Shown here: piece by piece, positions 1 to 12,146 of the stretch
How the letters are laid out: each line of letters begins with the position of its first letter
Position numbering within the stretch: the first letter of the stretch is position 1
NCBI RefSeq assembly: GCF_006345805.1
Contig: NC_043003.1
Span: forward strand, 89,714,001 to 89,778,000
Length of the DNA: 64,000 bases
Origin: Octopus sinensis
Lineage: Eukaryota
Reading direction: 5' to 3'
Notes under the pieces: model-generated
Database searches by the model: none
What the model was told of the DNA's origin: nothing
What the model saw: the letters and a program-made list of their open reading frames with translations, nothing else
Program-made: the position numbers and the translations under genes

Positions 1-184
1 TGATAAATGCATCTTAATAAGTGAGAAGAATTGCATATATCTGAACTATTTCAAAGAAAAGCATAAATTTAATGTTTAAAATAGCTTTAACCAAGGAATG
101 AGATCTAACATTTCTTCACTTTTTCCAGAATTTCTTCTCTTTATTTTTTTTTTTTGCGAAATACGGAGTTTATGATTCATGTGT

Positions 185-700
185 GAGTGTGTGTTCTTGA
201 TACTCGTTTAGAACAAGTAGTTTTACACCAATTACACTATTTTTTCTTAGTTTAAAGGCCGTGGACTGAAGATGTGAAATTTCCGAAGCCTCTCCCCCAC
301 CCCCCTTTCGCGAGCGCGCATTTTTTTCATGATAGTCGTTTAGAGCAAGTTGTTTTACACCTATTACGCTGTTTTTGTTTTTGTTTTTGTGCCCGGTTCA
401 GACGCTTTCGGAAATTCCCGATATAAATATTCCGAGGCCTCTCCCCCACCCCTCTTTCGCGAGAGCGCATTTTTTTTTGTCATATTCGTTTAGAGCAAGT
501 TGTTTTACACATATTACACTATTTTTTTTTTTGTTTTGGTGCCCGGGTCAGCTCCTCAGACGCTTTCGGAACTTCCCGATGTGAATTTTCCGAGGCCTCT
601 CCCCCACCCCCCTTTCGCGTGCGCGAATTTTTTTTTTCATATTCGTTCATAGGAAGTTGTTTTACACCTATTACACACATTTTTTTTTTGATTTTCTGAT
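185..700. repeat. Tandem array of about three ~150-bp units of a dispersed repeat family
   Basis: CTCTCCCCCACCCC-TTTCGCG-polyT-TTCGTTTAGAGCAAGTTGTTTTACAC recurs near 289, 439 and 597. The same unit occurs at 12190-12325 (-) and 13440-13725 (+). Confidence 0.8.
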
Positions 701-1087
701 ATTTGTTACGCCCTATATTAACCGATTTACTACTGCACTAGTCTCACGAGACGGACGTAAAAAGCTTTTTCCTGTCCGTAACTTTTCATTTTCGAACTTC
801 TTTTGGAATTTTTTTTTTTTCAGACTTTAAACATCTGGGATTATGATTCCTATAAAAATTTTAAAATATGCGTAACCTTTTAAATTTGAATTTCGAAAAT
901 AAAAAAAATTGAAAAAAAAAAAACAGGAAAGACGGGGTTGGCAAATTTTCTCTTTTGTGTGTGGCGCCATAATCTACGATTCTTAAAACATAATAGTAAA
1001 AAAAAGGGCGGGGAGTTTTTTGGCGTACTAGACATTTTCCGAATATTCTACATGAATGTCGAAATGTGGAATTTTATTAAATCATAC

Positions 1088-1802
1088 CTGGCAAAACCCA
1101 ACGAACAATTGCAGCTTCGAAAGCTTCTTTATTTCGATGTTCAATTGGCACTAGAAAACATTTTTCACTTCCTCGTTCAATTCCTCCAAAAACCTTATAT
1201 CCTTTCACATGTTTTTTCCCGTTAGGTTTAGGTTTGGAAATTGTGGTCACATCTATTTCGACGACTTTTGGTTTACCAGTTTGTGAATCGAAACCGCCTA
1301 TCTCCGGTGGGTCGTCACCTAATTCAGTCGGATGGTCTTCTAAGAATCCTTCCAATAATTCTCGGATATACTGACACAAATCATCGATAGTGTTTACATT
1401 GACTTTTGTTTCGTGAGCTATTTCAGAATTTAGATGCTCTCTGGACCACATATACATAAGCCATATAAATGTTGTCAGTGAGACGTCACTATCCTCAAAA
1501 ATCGATCCGATGCGGACTGACTGAGTGAAGGAGTCCAGATCACATTTCCATCTCTTTCCGTCAATATCTTCCGGATGATCGACCAGTGTACATAAATTGC
1601 TACAGGTGGAACACTTCACGCAATTGCTAATTAGCCGGTGTTTGGCTAACCATGTAATTGCTACTTCATTTGTGTTAGTTTGGGGGATTAGATCAAAGAA
1701 TTTCCATGTTTCTTGTCGAATTTCTTGGTCATTCATGACATCACTGCATATTGTTGTTGGCTCTGCTTGTCCGGCAGGATCAATCATTTCAGAAGAAGTC
1801 AA
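1088..1802 (-). CDS. Merlin/IS1595 (ISXO2-like) transposase-derived exon; in-frame ATG at 1787; gene probably continues beyond the left edge of the window
   Basis: Open frame with CSTC..WKC zinc ribbon, SVRIGSIF, an HTH-like region, IGG..KVVEID, VFGGIERGS and IVRWVLPG, all typical of ISXO2/Merlin transposases. Acceptor tttgttttataaaAG (1803-1804); donor CAG|GTATGA (1087) falls exactly at LP-G. Confidence 0.8.
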
Positions 1803-2369
1803 CTTTTATAAAACAAATAATTCATGTGTCAACTACAAGCAATGTGTTTATATGGAATTTTTGTTTTAGTAGTGTTAGTTTCGTATTGCTTACCGGCAGA
1901 GCTTTTGTCACATTTTGTATTACAGGCTGTTAGCTTCGTATTATTTCATTAAATTTCATTGCAAACCAGGACATCAACGAATCCTTCATATGTTTATCAA
2001 TTACAAATTTGATGAAGATGTATTTCTCAATAATTTTGGTTGTAGGAAAGAATAAAAATGATTTAAAATTTTGACATAAGGCAAATTTAGGGGTAAGATT
2101 GAAAACAACATATTACATGCATGATAGTAATGCCTGTTTCATTGATTATATGATGTGAAAACTAGAGTACACAACTCTCTCTCTCTCTCTCTCTGTACAC
2201 ACACACACACACCCCACACCACACTACACTACACCATACATTACAAATCACATCACAACACACCACCCACACATCCATCCCCATATCTTCACACCTACAC
2301 ATACATACACGCACAAGTGCAGACCACCAGCCCTCTTTCGCATGCACATACATACTCTCTTATATACAC

Positions 2370-2610
2370 ACGCACCTTCGTGTTGCGGGTCATCTTTACC
2401 TTGTTATCTTCCCTACTTTCCCTCTTGTGTTTGATTCTTCTGTCCGGCACTAGTCGCCATGATAGATCGTTAGCCACTACACGCATTTTTTCTGTGTACC
2501 TTTCTGTAGAAGAGCGTAGGCTCGAAACGTAAAAGACTTTATCTATTCCTGAGCGTTATACTAATACATCTGTTTGTTTTGTACACCACCTGTCTTCGTA
2601 AACTCTCCAT
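2370..2610 (+). mobile_element. Penelope-like element pseudo-LTR remnant with minimal hammerhead-like motif (2500-2535)
   Basis: CTTT-CTGTAGA-A-GAGC-GTAG-GCTC-GAAAC-GTA-AAAG; the downstream TTCCTGAGCGT..AATACAT is shared with 28855-28877. Confidence 0.55.
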
Positions 2611-2629
2611 ATATATATAATAATAATTA

Positions 2630-4797
2630 ATTCTTTTTATTGGCCACAAGGGCTGACACACATGATTAGTAAACATAAAGGGACAAAACAGGACGAAAGG
2701 TTACAAAGGGTTTTGTCCGTTTTTGAAAAAATTCGAGTAAAAACTGTTTAACAACGAAAGATTGTAACAATGAAAAACTCCCAATAGGGGGAGGCGCTTC
2801 GAAAGGTTCCTGGTGGAAAAAAAACCCCTTAAAAGCCAACGGGAGCCTGGTAGAGAGCCCCTTTCTCCTTTTATAAAACCTTTTTCAATCACAGGCGAAA
2901 CCTGAGAATTGGTCCATTTATACTGGCCATTCTCACACAATTCACCCATCTTTCAGAAAACTTACTATCGGACAGCACTCTCCTCTCTAACCTCATCTTC
3001 CTTTCCAAGTGAAACTTGAAATAGTTGATGAAGCCTTGACCAAAGAGGAAAGTGTCTGACTTTAGCCCTTTCAAACGGGTCCACCATACAACCTCTTTCG
3101 CCACAGCCACTAGGCACAAGATAACGGCCTCACCCTCCTTGTTAAAGGAGGTCGGCGGGGCAATCTTCACTATGGATTCGGCTGATAGCCGGATCCGTCC
3201 TACACGTGACAGTAGCTGTTCGACATAAACCCATGGTTCAGCAATACTCGGGCACTGGACGAGTGTGTGCAGAACGGTTTCGTCATCCTGGCAATACCTC
3301 GGGCAGGCCCGGCTGACGGCACTTCCGTGCCGGTAGAGTCTATCCCGAACAGGCAGAGCCCCTCGGTAGCACTGCCAGGCGAGCGACCTCTGGAAATTAT
3401 CCATTGGCCCCGGCCCGAAAGTCCTTCCGAACAGACCGCTCAGTTCGTTATCGTCAATGCCTAGAGTTTCCCCGAGAATGTCGTCGCATTTTTTCTCCAC
3501 TAACCCTCTATAGAACACTAGAGTGGAGCTGAAACCGATCGCATTGCCCGCCTGGTGGAGGGCGGAGAGAGCTTGACGGCACTCGAGGTGCCAAGCGCCC
3601 TTTCTCGGTCTACGTTTGATCCAGGTCTGCAGCTCTGTCAAGGAGACGAGCTGCGGAAAGTCGCGTCTGACAAAAGACGACCACACCTGTTCACCGTCTA
3701 GGAAACGCTTGAGATGTCGCAGCCTGAGCGCATGTCTGCGCATCAGTAACCACGGCATGCCAAGGCCTCCATTCAGCGATCGTTGACAGCAGATAGATCG
3801 CCTCCTAGATCGCGCGGGATACCCCTCAAAGCCTCCAACTTGCGCAGTAATGGCTCGATAGTCAATATGTACAAGAGGGAGGAGAGAGGGCATCCTTGGC
3901 GGACCGAACGCGAGATGTCGAACGGTTCCGAAAGGTGACCGTTCACCCGTATCACCGAGCAGATGTTGCTGTATAAAGCAGTGATCCACCCGCGGAAGAC
4001 TGGACCGAAGCCGGCTGCCTTGAGAACAGCTGCCAGGTACCGATGGTCGACCCTATCGAAGGCTTTACTCTGATCTAAGTTGATCAAAGCCCCACCCGCA
4101 CCAGCGTCGTTACCCACCCTCTCTATGATGTAGCGCATGAGATGGAGGTTGTCGTGTATCGACCTGGTTGGCACGGTGCATGTCTGCGTCTTGCCGACCA
4201 GCTTGTCCAAGACAAGCGCCAATCTCTTGGCTAGCACCTTGGCCAAAATCTTCAACTCTGCATTGAGCAGAGTGATGGGCCGAAAATTCCCTATAACGTC
4301 CCCCTTGTTTGGGCCCTTTTTTTAGCAAAGTCACCACCCCTCAACAGACAAAAGCAGGAATTCTCCCATTTTGCTGCCAGTTGCAGTAGACGTTTGCCAA
4401 CAGGCCCGCAAACAAGTCTGGCATTGAAGTGTAAAGCTCGTAGGGCAGACCATCCAAACCTGGTGATCTACCTCTCGTGCAACTCTTCATTGCTTCCTCC
4501 ACTTCCCAGGCAGATATCGGTCCTTCGCAGCACTCTGCCTCGCTGTCCAAGAGTTGCGGTAGGCCGTCCAGGTACACACCGAAGTCTGCACCATTGTGCG
4601 TTCCACTGCACGTCCCAAACAGTTGAGCAAAGTGCTGCTGAAACACCGTACACATCTGTTTCGGTTCGGTAACCTCGCGCCCGTTCTGGTCCACCAAAGA
4701 CCGAATGGTTGCTTTGTTGCCTCGCTTTGCTTCCGCCACGCGGGCCCATTGAGCGGCTCTAGTCTCCTCCCCACTTAGCCTTGTGCGAGCACTGATA
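2630..4797 (-). mobile_element. Tx1/L1-clade LINE, 5'-truncated and internally deleted (copy 1)
   Basis: ORF2 pieces: RSPGLDGLPYE, RPITLL, DQSKAFDRVDH, VRQGCPLSSLLY, GGLGMP and a zf-RVT CPRYC..HTLVQC. The YADD segment is missing (junction near 3787). 3' end CCCTTGTGGCCAATAAAAAG. Confidence 0.92.
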
Positions 4798-4799
4798 CC

Positions 4800-7620
4800 G
4801 AGAAAGGGGAATGGCACACGGTGCCTCCAAAAAAGAAAAGGAGGAAAAAACAAAAGGACACATAGGGGAAGCATGAATAAATAGTGCTTCCCAACATCAA
4901 CAACAACAACACACACTCACAACAACAAACAACAACAACACTTTCGACACCACTACTACCACTGCCACACACATCAACACCAACAGACACGATTACAGCA
5001 ATAAACACAAAAAATGAAAAACTCGTTGCATACCTAAAAGACAAAACAAGTACAACCTCTACCAACCTTCTATAAAAGGACGAGATGGAAGCCCTGCTGC
5101 TGGTATTAGCTGGGTGAGAAAGAAGCAAGAGTACTTGATGGCACTCCACATGCCATTCACTGGACTTTGGTCTATGCCTGATCCATGGTTCTAGCTTGCT
5201 AAGACTCATGAACCTGGGAAATAACGATCTGACAGAGACCACACCTGTTCACCATGTAGAGTCACAGATGCCTCAGCCTCAATGCATGTCTGTGCATCAA
5301 CAGCCAAGGTATCCCTAGCCCACCCTTTAGCGGGTGCTGGCAGCAGACATAGCACCTTATAAGAGGACTTCTGTCTTTCCACAAAAAGTCAAAGAGGAGA
5401 CGTTCCACCTTGAGCAGCCACGAACTGGGACTAGGCACGATGGTTAGGCAGTAGGTAATCACAGAGGCAATAAACACCTCTGCGACCTCCCTCTCTTTCA
5501 GAGATAGCCACCGCTCAGACCAGATCTGAGTTAAGTAGGTCACCCAACTCATCACTTTGCTCCAATTCTTCTCTGTCTGGAGGTCTGGACCAAACCAAAC
5601 CCAATAGCATTTTAACCAGCCTCTCTGTCCAACATCCTACAACGGTGTTAGGAGGTATCAACTTGACCTTCCAGGTGCCAAGTTGCAAACCAACTGATTT
5701 ATCCCGGTTGACTTTTGCTTCTGCCACCACCTCATATTCCTTCATAACCTCTCCCACATTCTATAGGTGATCCATCTTGGACACAATGATGGTGATATCA
5801 TCCACAAATGCAGTGACCACCCTTCCTCAACCAACATCACACAGGATGCCCCTCAGACTCTCCAACTTCCACAGCAAAGGCTCCAGAGCCAATACATACA
5901 GAAGTGGAGAGAGGGGACATCGTTGACAAACTGAGCACTTGATTTTGAACAGCCTTGACAGGAAACCGTTCACCCAGATGATTGAGTCAATGTTGCTGTA
6001 CAAAACTGCGGAAGATAGGGCCAAGTCTGAACATCACAAGGTACTGATGATCACCCCTATCGAATGCCCTAGACTGGTCTAAATGGAAAAGAGCCCCACC
6101 CATGCCAGCAGATCTATTAACTCTTTCTAAGTTGTAGTGGAGACTGTCGTGTATGGATCTGCCAAGAATGGCACAAGTTTGTGCCTCCCAAACAAGTCCA
6201 CCCACAACATGCACCAACCTTTTTGCTAATACCTTGGCCAAAATCTTCAACTCTGCATTAAGCAGGGTGATGGGCTGGAAATTATCTATATACCCCTTGT
6301 TTGGGTTCTTTCTAAGCTGCATCACCATTCTCAGGCTTACAGATCCGGGGATAAACCCATTCTGCCAGTAGGTGCCCAAACAAGTCTGGCATACTACAAT
6401 AAAGTTTGTAGAGGAGACCATCTAGACCTAACGACTTATCCCCGCTGCAATCTGCCAAAGCCTCCTCAACCTCTGCAGCTGTGATCAGCCCTTCACAGCA
6501 TTCTGCTTCCTGTCGTGAGAGATGCAGAAAATGGTGAAGAAGTCCGTGAGGTCCCTCCTGCACTGCAGCCCAACGCCCCACCTGTAAAGCAGTGCAAAAT
6601 GCACCCGAAAGACCTTGCACATCTTGGGTTCATCTATCAAGTTCCCCTGATCATTCGTCAAAGACTTTATTGAATTTTTATTTTCTTGTTGAGCCTCTAT
6701 CACATGGGCTCATCCAATAGCTTTGATCCCTTCTTGTCCCATTGCACGTTGCTTGGCCCTGACTATGCATCCCTCATATTTAACCTTGAGGTATTGGTTT
6801 GAAACCAATCTCAGGGTGCAGAGCCAGATCCCAGTACTTCAACTAGAGCCTTAACTAAAGCTCGTTCTATTTTTCTTAACAATTAACTTTTTGCTGGAGG
6901 ATTGATATTTTATCCTCCAATCCAGTTGTGATGGCAACCACTAGCTAAGCTGGATCCACCTGGTGGTTATATCTCCTACCCTAATCTTGGAAGTCAGCCT
7001 TCCAAGATAAGTGGGTAGGAGCACCACTTCTGCTGTTTTAAGTGAGTCAGTGGACACTTGCTTGACTTTCTTCTTGCTTCTATAGTGAACCTCAGTTGTC
7101 ACAAACTTGGATCCTCTGGTTATGTGCTCAATGTCGTTTTATTTGTTTTTAGACATAACTCTACAGCTTGTCTAGAAGCAATATCCAGTCTCTTGTTTTT
7201 TATTAGAAAGGATTTATATATAACCATATGCCTTGTGCGCAGTTTCACTGGGAGGGGTAATTTTTGTTTCACTCCCCTCGTTTTACCATTCCTTTAAATT
7301 TTTGAAGCTCATCATTGTCACAATTTATATCCCTTTTTTTAACTCCTGCAGTGTTGGTGAAATTGGTTCTTTTCCCTTTGATAAATTCTTCTTCGGTTGG
7401 CATATTCTGTATTTTCATAGTAAATCCGCTTGTACTAGGACCAGCTTCAACATTGGTCCTGACTTTCACTGGTGATTTATCCATTTCACCAGAAAACTTT
7501 TTTTTTTCAAGAATAATTTTCCCCCTTCACACAAAAGATAACAAAATCTGCTCTCAGCAGGCAACTAAGTGTTAGAAAAAAACGCTATTAAAAAATGGTT
7601 CAACAGTCAAACAAGCAAAT
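4800..7620 (-). mobile_element. Decayed Tx1/L1-clade LINE (copy 2) with ORF1 remnant (~6900-7484) and ORF2 remnants
   Basis: KSLGLDGLLY, FQPITLLNAELKILAKVLAKRL, DQSRAFDR, CQRCPLSPLLY, FVDD, GGLGIPWLL. ORF1 segment IEHITRGSKF..LLPTYLGRLTSKIRV at ~6968-7135. Outer boundaries approximate. Confidence 0.85.
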
Positions 7621-8159
7621 CAAACAGCAAAAATATTACTAACCATAAGTAAAAATCTCAACCATGATCCTGTAGTGATGGAATCAATTGTGTGTCCCTG
7701 TTTATTTTGATTGCAATATACAGAAGAAAAAAAAACAGACAAGTTCACATAAAACTCGTGCATGCCCTGTCACTGGCAGTTTTCAATTATTTAAACAAAT
7801 TTATAGCATTTGTTATATATTGATTAGGAGTTCAATACACAAAACCCTCACTGTAACTTATCCAAATTTTTTAATACTTTCTTTTTTATATTTCAAAACT
7901 TCAAAACAAAATAAAATTCAGATTGCAAACAATGGTTTTAAGAAGCATAAAATTCTTTTTTTTTTAGATTTGTAAAAATAAGCCAAAATTTTAAAAACTA
8001 TGGAAAGTGGGCTGCCAAAGTTCCACTCCTTCCCTTCCCTTGGAAAATATTAAACAACGGTATTTAAAATATACACATCAGAGAAGATCATGGTTTACGG
8101 CACGTTAGATATTGTCTGATTCTATTCTAAACGAACACCCTTACATTTAATGAATAAAA

Positions 8160-8530
8160 TGCAGATAAGCATGGCTGTGCGGTAAGCTTGTTGCCCAACC
8201 ACATGGTTTCAGGATCAGTCCCACTGCATGACGCCTTGGGCAAATATCTTCCACTGTAGCCTAGGGGTGACCAAAGCTTTGTGAGTGGATTTGGTAGACG
8301 GAAACTGAAAGAATCCTGTCGCATGTGTATATACATATATATATACACACCACATACACACATATGTATCTGAGTGTGTGTCTCCCCACAATTACTTGAC
8401 AACCGATGTTGGTGTCTCTATGTCCACGTAACTTAGTAGTGCAGCAAAAGTACTAAGCTTACAAAGAATAAGTCCTTGGGTCGATTTCTTCCGCTAAAAC
8501 CTTTTAAGACGGTGCTTCAGTATAACCAGT
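8160..8530 (+). mobile_element. tRNA-derived CORE-type SINE (two-part, internal microsatellite)
   Basis: TGGCTGTGCGG A-box-like head, CCTTGGGCAA CORE-like motif, GTGAGTGGATTTGGTAGACGGAAACTGAAAGAA; matches the other copies in the window. Confidence 0.8.
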
Positions 8531-8789
8531 CAAATAATTTCATTTAAGAGTTGTCTCCCCTCAACCATATGCGTTATAAATCTTGGCGGAAATAAGTCCG
8601 ACTGGCGTTCTCTTTCCTTTACAAGAACCGCTGCTTATTTCAGCATACCTGACGGTATAATGGATCTATTTTATACAGTGGTCAGGTGCACAACTTCTCG
8701 GCAAAGGGTAAAAGCGGAGACAGAGAGCAGACGTCAAGCAAAGACCATTTCTGAGCCCTTAAGCATCTTCAATTGAAATAACAGTTTCT

Positions 8790-9400
8790 AATAAAGGCTT
8801 CTTGGTCACAGGAATTCTTAGACTATAAGTACTTTTTGCAACAATTTTATATGGTGCAACAGTGCCTTCATCAAATTTGGTGTTTTTTCAAAAAATCTGA
8901 AGTTAAGTTGTTACTCAGAAACATTTTTGAAATTATTCACTGATTCTATTAGAAGTTTCCTTTTTAAAAGATAAAGAAGACTTGGAAGTTTTCAACCTTC
9001 ATTCAAATGAGTCGATTACATAAGGGACACACTTCAGTTTTCCGATCAAAACGGTTTTCATTAAAACCACAAGACAGGTTATGAATCTGGATAACACTTT
9101 CTTCACTCCACTTGATGTTACTGATTGTTGTGTAATTACAACAAAAGGTTTTTAAATATCTGATTTCTGCTATCTCTGTATCATAGTATAAGTATATACA
9201 TTGAAATACATGGTGCTGTTGTTTTTGTCTGAGATAAGCTCTTCGTTGGCTGGATCTTACAAGCATGAAGTGGATTCGATCCACCATAGCCGAATTTAAA
9301 TTAACATTGCACACGGTGGAACAAGACCACCAACTAAATCTATTGTTCTCAATGATATATCTATCCGTCTGGGTAGTTATATAAGCAAGCACACCCCAAG
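8790..9400 (-). mobile_element. Old LINE C-terminal remnant (tentative)
   Basis: HNLSCGFNENRFDRKTEVCPLCN resembles the C-terminal CCHC region of non-LTR ORF2; many stops. Confidence 0.35.
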
Positions 9401-9769
9401 CAAAAGGCAGTTAGTGGGTGACGACTCAACGAAGTCTGGCTGACCAGCTAGAACCTTGGTCAGAAGGAGAAATGAAGTTTACTGTCAGCAACTGTGAGAC
9501 ATCCCACTACCTCTAATTCTGTTCTTTTACATTATTCTTTCTCTATATATTTACTACTAAACGATGAAGAGGGCACAAACATGCTTTTGGATTTATAACC
9601 TGCCCGTCAAAGCAAGGTGTTGTAATGTAACGGTAAATAAATACCTTCTTAAAACTTTATGCATTGTTCATCTTTCACGTCCTACAGTATGCAATTATAA
9701 CAAATTATGGTCAAACCAGCTGACTCCAACATTTTATTATATTGTTTACAAATCAAAATCTCCCGTTGC

Positions 9770-10050
9770 ATATCTAACCAAAAATAAACTCCTGCACCTG
9801 GCTTTTGTTGACTTGGAGAAAGTCTTTGAGTCTCCCACTCCCTTATATGGTAGTCAATACGGAAGCTAGGGATAGATGAGTGGTTGGTGAGAGTTGTACA
9901 AGGATGCTGTTCATAAGGTAAAGGTTAGCAATGAGTATAGCAAGGAATTGAGAGTAGAAGTAGGGGTTTGCCAAAGATCAGTTCTCAGCACACCTCTTGT
10001 TCATCAGTCCTCCAGGCAATAAGAGGAATTTAAGGTAAGCTACCCCTGGA
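9770..10050 (+). mobile_element. Decayed RTE LINE RT fragment
   Basis: YLTKNKLLHLAFVDLEK; DNA similar to 22367-22665. Confidence 0.8.
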
Positions 10051-11266
10051 GCACCACTTCAAAGAATTTTTTTAGTTGACCGTATCAACCCCATTACTTT
10101 TTTCTCATTAATTTAATCAGCCTCTTCTACCAGATCACTATTACACACCAGCACTGATTGTCAAGCAAGAGAGGGCACAAAGACATCTGTATACACACAA
10201 CAGGGTTCTTTCAGCTTCCATCTACCAAATCCACTGAAGGATTTGGTTGCCCCAAGGCTATAGCAGAAGACACTTCTCCAAGGGGCAACGAACCTAGAAC
10301 AATGAGGTTGAGAAGCAAGCCTTTTTTTTTTTAAATAACATTTTAGCACTTTTTTCAGAGAAGGGTACAGACAAGAGAAACTGATCTCAGTGCAATCTTC
10401 CATCAGAGTATTCTTTCAAGCCTTCACATGTTCTCTACACTTACAGCCATGTAGCATTGCTATTCATACACAGGGATCATACAACCTCCCCTTCTAAGAG
10501 GCCTTTTGTTATCAATAGAGGTAGCAACTCCAAACCAACAATATTACTAATTCTAGATTCTGAATATTTGAAATAATAGTAATGGAAGGATTAATAGAAT
10601 GAACACAAGGTAAATCATCCTTTAATCTGAACTAATACTCATCTGGCTTTCCACAAGTCAACATTAGGGGGGAAAAAAAAAAAAAAAAAAAGTCTTTTGG
10701 TATTTAGTTTATCTTTGACATAAGAAATATTAGCATCCCAATGGGAAAAAATTTTAAGTTCACATTTGGCACCAAACATGACAAGAAGCAGTAATTACAC
10801 TAATTTTTTTTATGGTACCACTTCCTTATAACACTTTAAAATTATTTATCCTGCACCTACCCATAATGCAATATTTTTGCTCCAGTTATGTAGGCCCCCG
10901 CTAGGTGTATGGTACATAAGACTTAAGGCAGTGCTCAAGCATGGCAGTAAATAACAAACAAAACCTACTATTGAAAATATTGGTTAAACTGGCAGAATTG
11001 TTAGCACACCAGCAAAAATGCTTAGTGACATTTCAGTGTGTTCCGAGTTTGATGTAATCAATTTACACTGAATATTGCTGGCCAAACAATATTTATTGCC
11101 CACAGGGAGAAACAAGGACAGAAAAAGGGATTAAGCCGATTACATCAACCCTAGTGCATAACTGGTACTTATTCAATTGACCCCAAAAGGATGAAAGGCA
11201 AAGATATAAAACAAAGACAAGATTAAGAGATTTTATTGGAATAATTCAAAAAGTGCTCAATCAACA

Positions 11267-11399
11267 TTATAATACTCCAGCAGCCTTTATTGTCACTGTT
11301 TCTTTCAATGCACCACTAGCGGTGCCATAACTTTCAATTTTCTTAACAAAATCATAATTTTCCACTACTTTACCAAACACAACGTGCTTACCATCCAGC
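11267..11399 (-). CDS. PPIA: Cyclophilin A-type PPIase, exon 5 (last)
   Basis: tttacAG|G-LDGKHVVFGKVVENYDFVKKIESYGTASGALKETVTIKAAGVL-TAA; AATAAA at 11237-11232. Confidence 0.95.
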
Positions 11400-11753
11400 C
11401 TGTAAAGAGAAATAAAAGCAAAGCTCAGAACACAAGAAATACACATGGATGAAGCAATATTTTGAAAATATGAAGTTTTTATTTTGGAATGAAGAACACA
11501 AAAATAGATGTTGAGCCAGTGAGAAGACTTAGCATTTTGCTGGGATTAATCCAATGAATTGACAGCAAAACAATTGCTTCGATCAGAATCGTTTACCTTT
11601 AAAATGAAAAACATGCGTTCTGCCAAGCCCGAGGAGGGAACTTTCGGAAAATTCATAGCTGATTTTCCCATCATAACTCTGGGCAAAATGGATATATTTT
11701 TACGGAATCACGTTTTTGGTTATGAAGGATCTGATTTTGAAAAAATTTTCAAA

Positions 11754-11918
11754 TAGGCATAGGAGTGGCTGTGTGGTAAATAGCTTGCTTCCCAACCACA
11801 TGGTCCCGGGTTCAATCCCACTGTGTGGCACCTTGGGCAAGTGTCTTCTACTATAGCCTTGGGCCAAACAAAGCCTTGTGAGTGGATTTGGTAGACGGAA
11901 ACTGAAAGAAGCCTGTCG

Positions 11919-11960
<42 letters not shown>

Positions 11961-12146
11961 GTGTGCGTGTGTGTGTCCAACATCGCTTGACAACCGATGC
12001 TGGTGTGCTTACGTCCCCGTAACTTAGTGGTTCGGCAAAAGAGACTGATAAAATAAGTATCAGGCTTACAAAGAATAAGTCCTGGAGCCGATTTGCTCAA
12101 CTAAAGGCGGTGCTCCAGCATGGCCAAATAAAAGAGCAAAGAGTAA
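11754..12146 (+). mobile_element. tRNA-derived CORE-type SINE in cyclophilin intron 4
   Basis: A box TGGCTGTGTGG, B box GGTTCAATCC, CCTTGGGCAAGT, internal (TA)n, tail GGCGGTGCTCCAGCATGGCC. Confidence 0.9.

Noticed and set aside
7269-7484. Upstream coding exon of the transposase gene
   Set aside because: Leads directly into the Tx1 ORF1 remnant; better explained as its N-terminus.
11760-11830. tRNA gene
   Set aside because: A/B boxes belong to a SINE head; no full cloverleaf.
11700-11993. Recurring peptide RQASFSFRLPNPLTR..GYSRRHLPK (also 8127, 18785, 24468, 47034)
   Set aside because: Antisense translation of the SINE, not a gene family.
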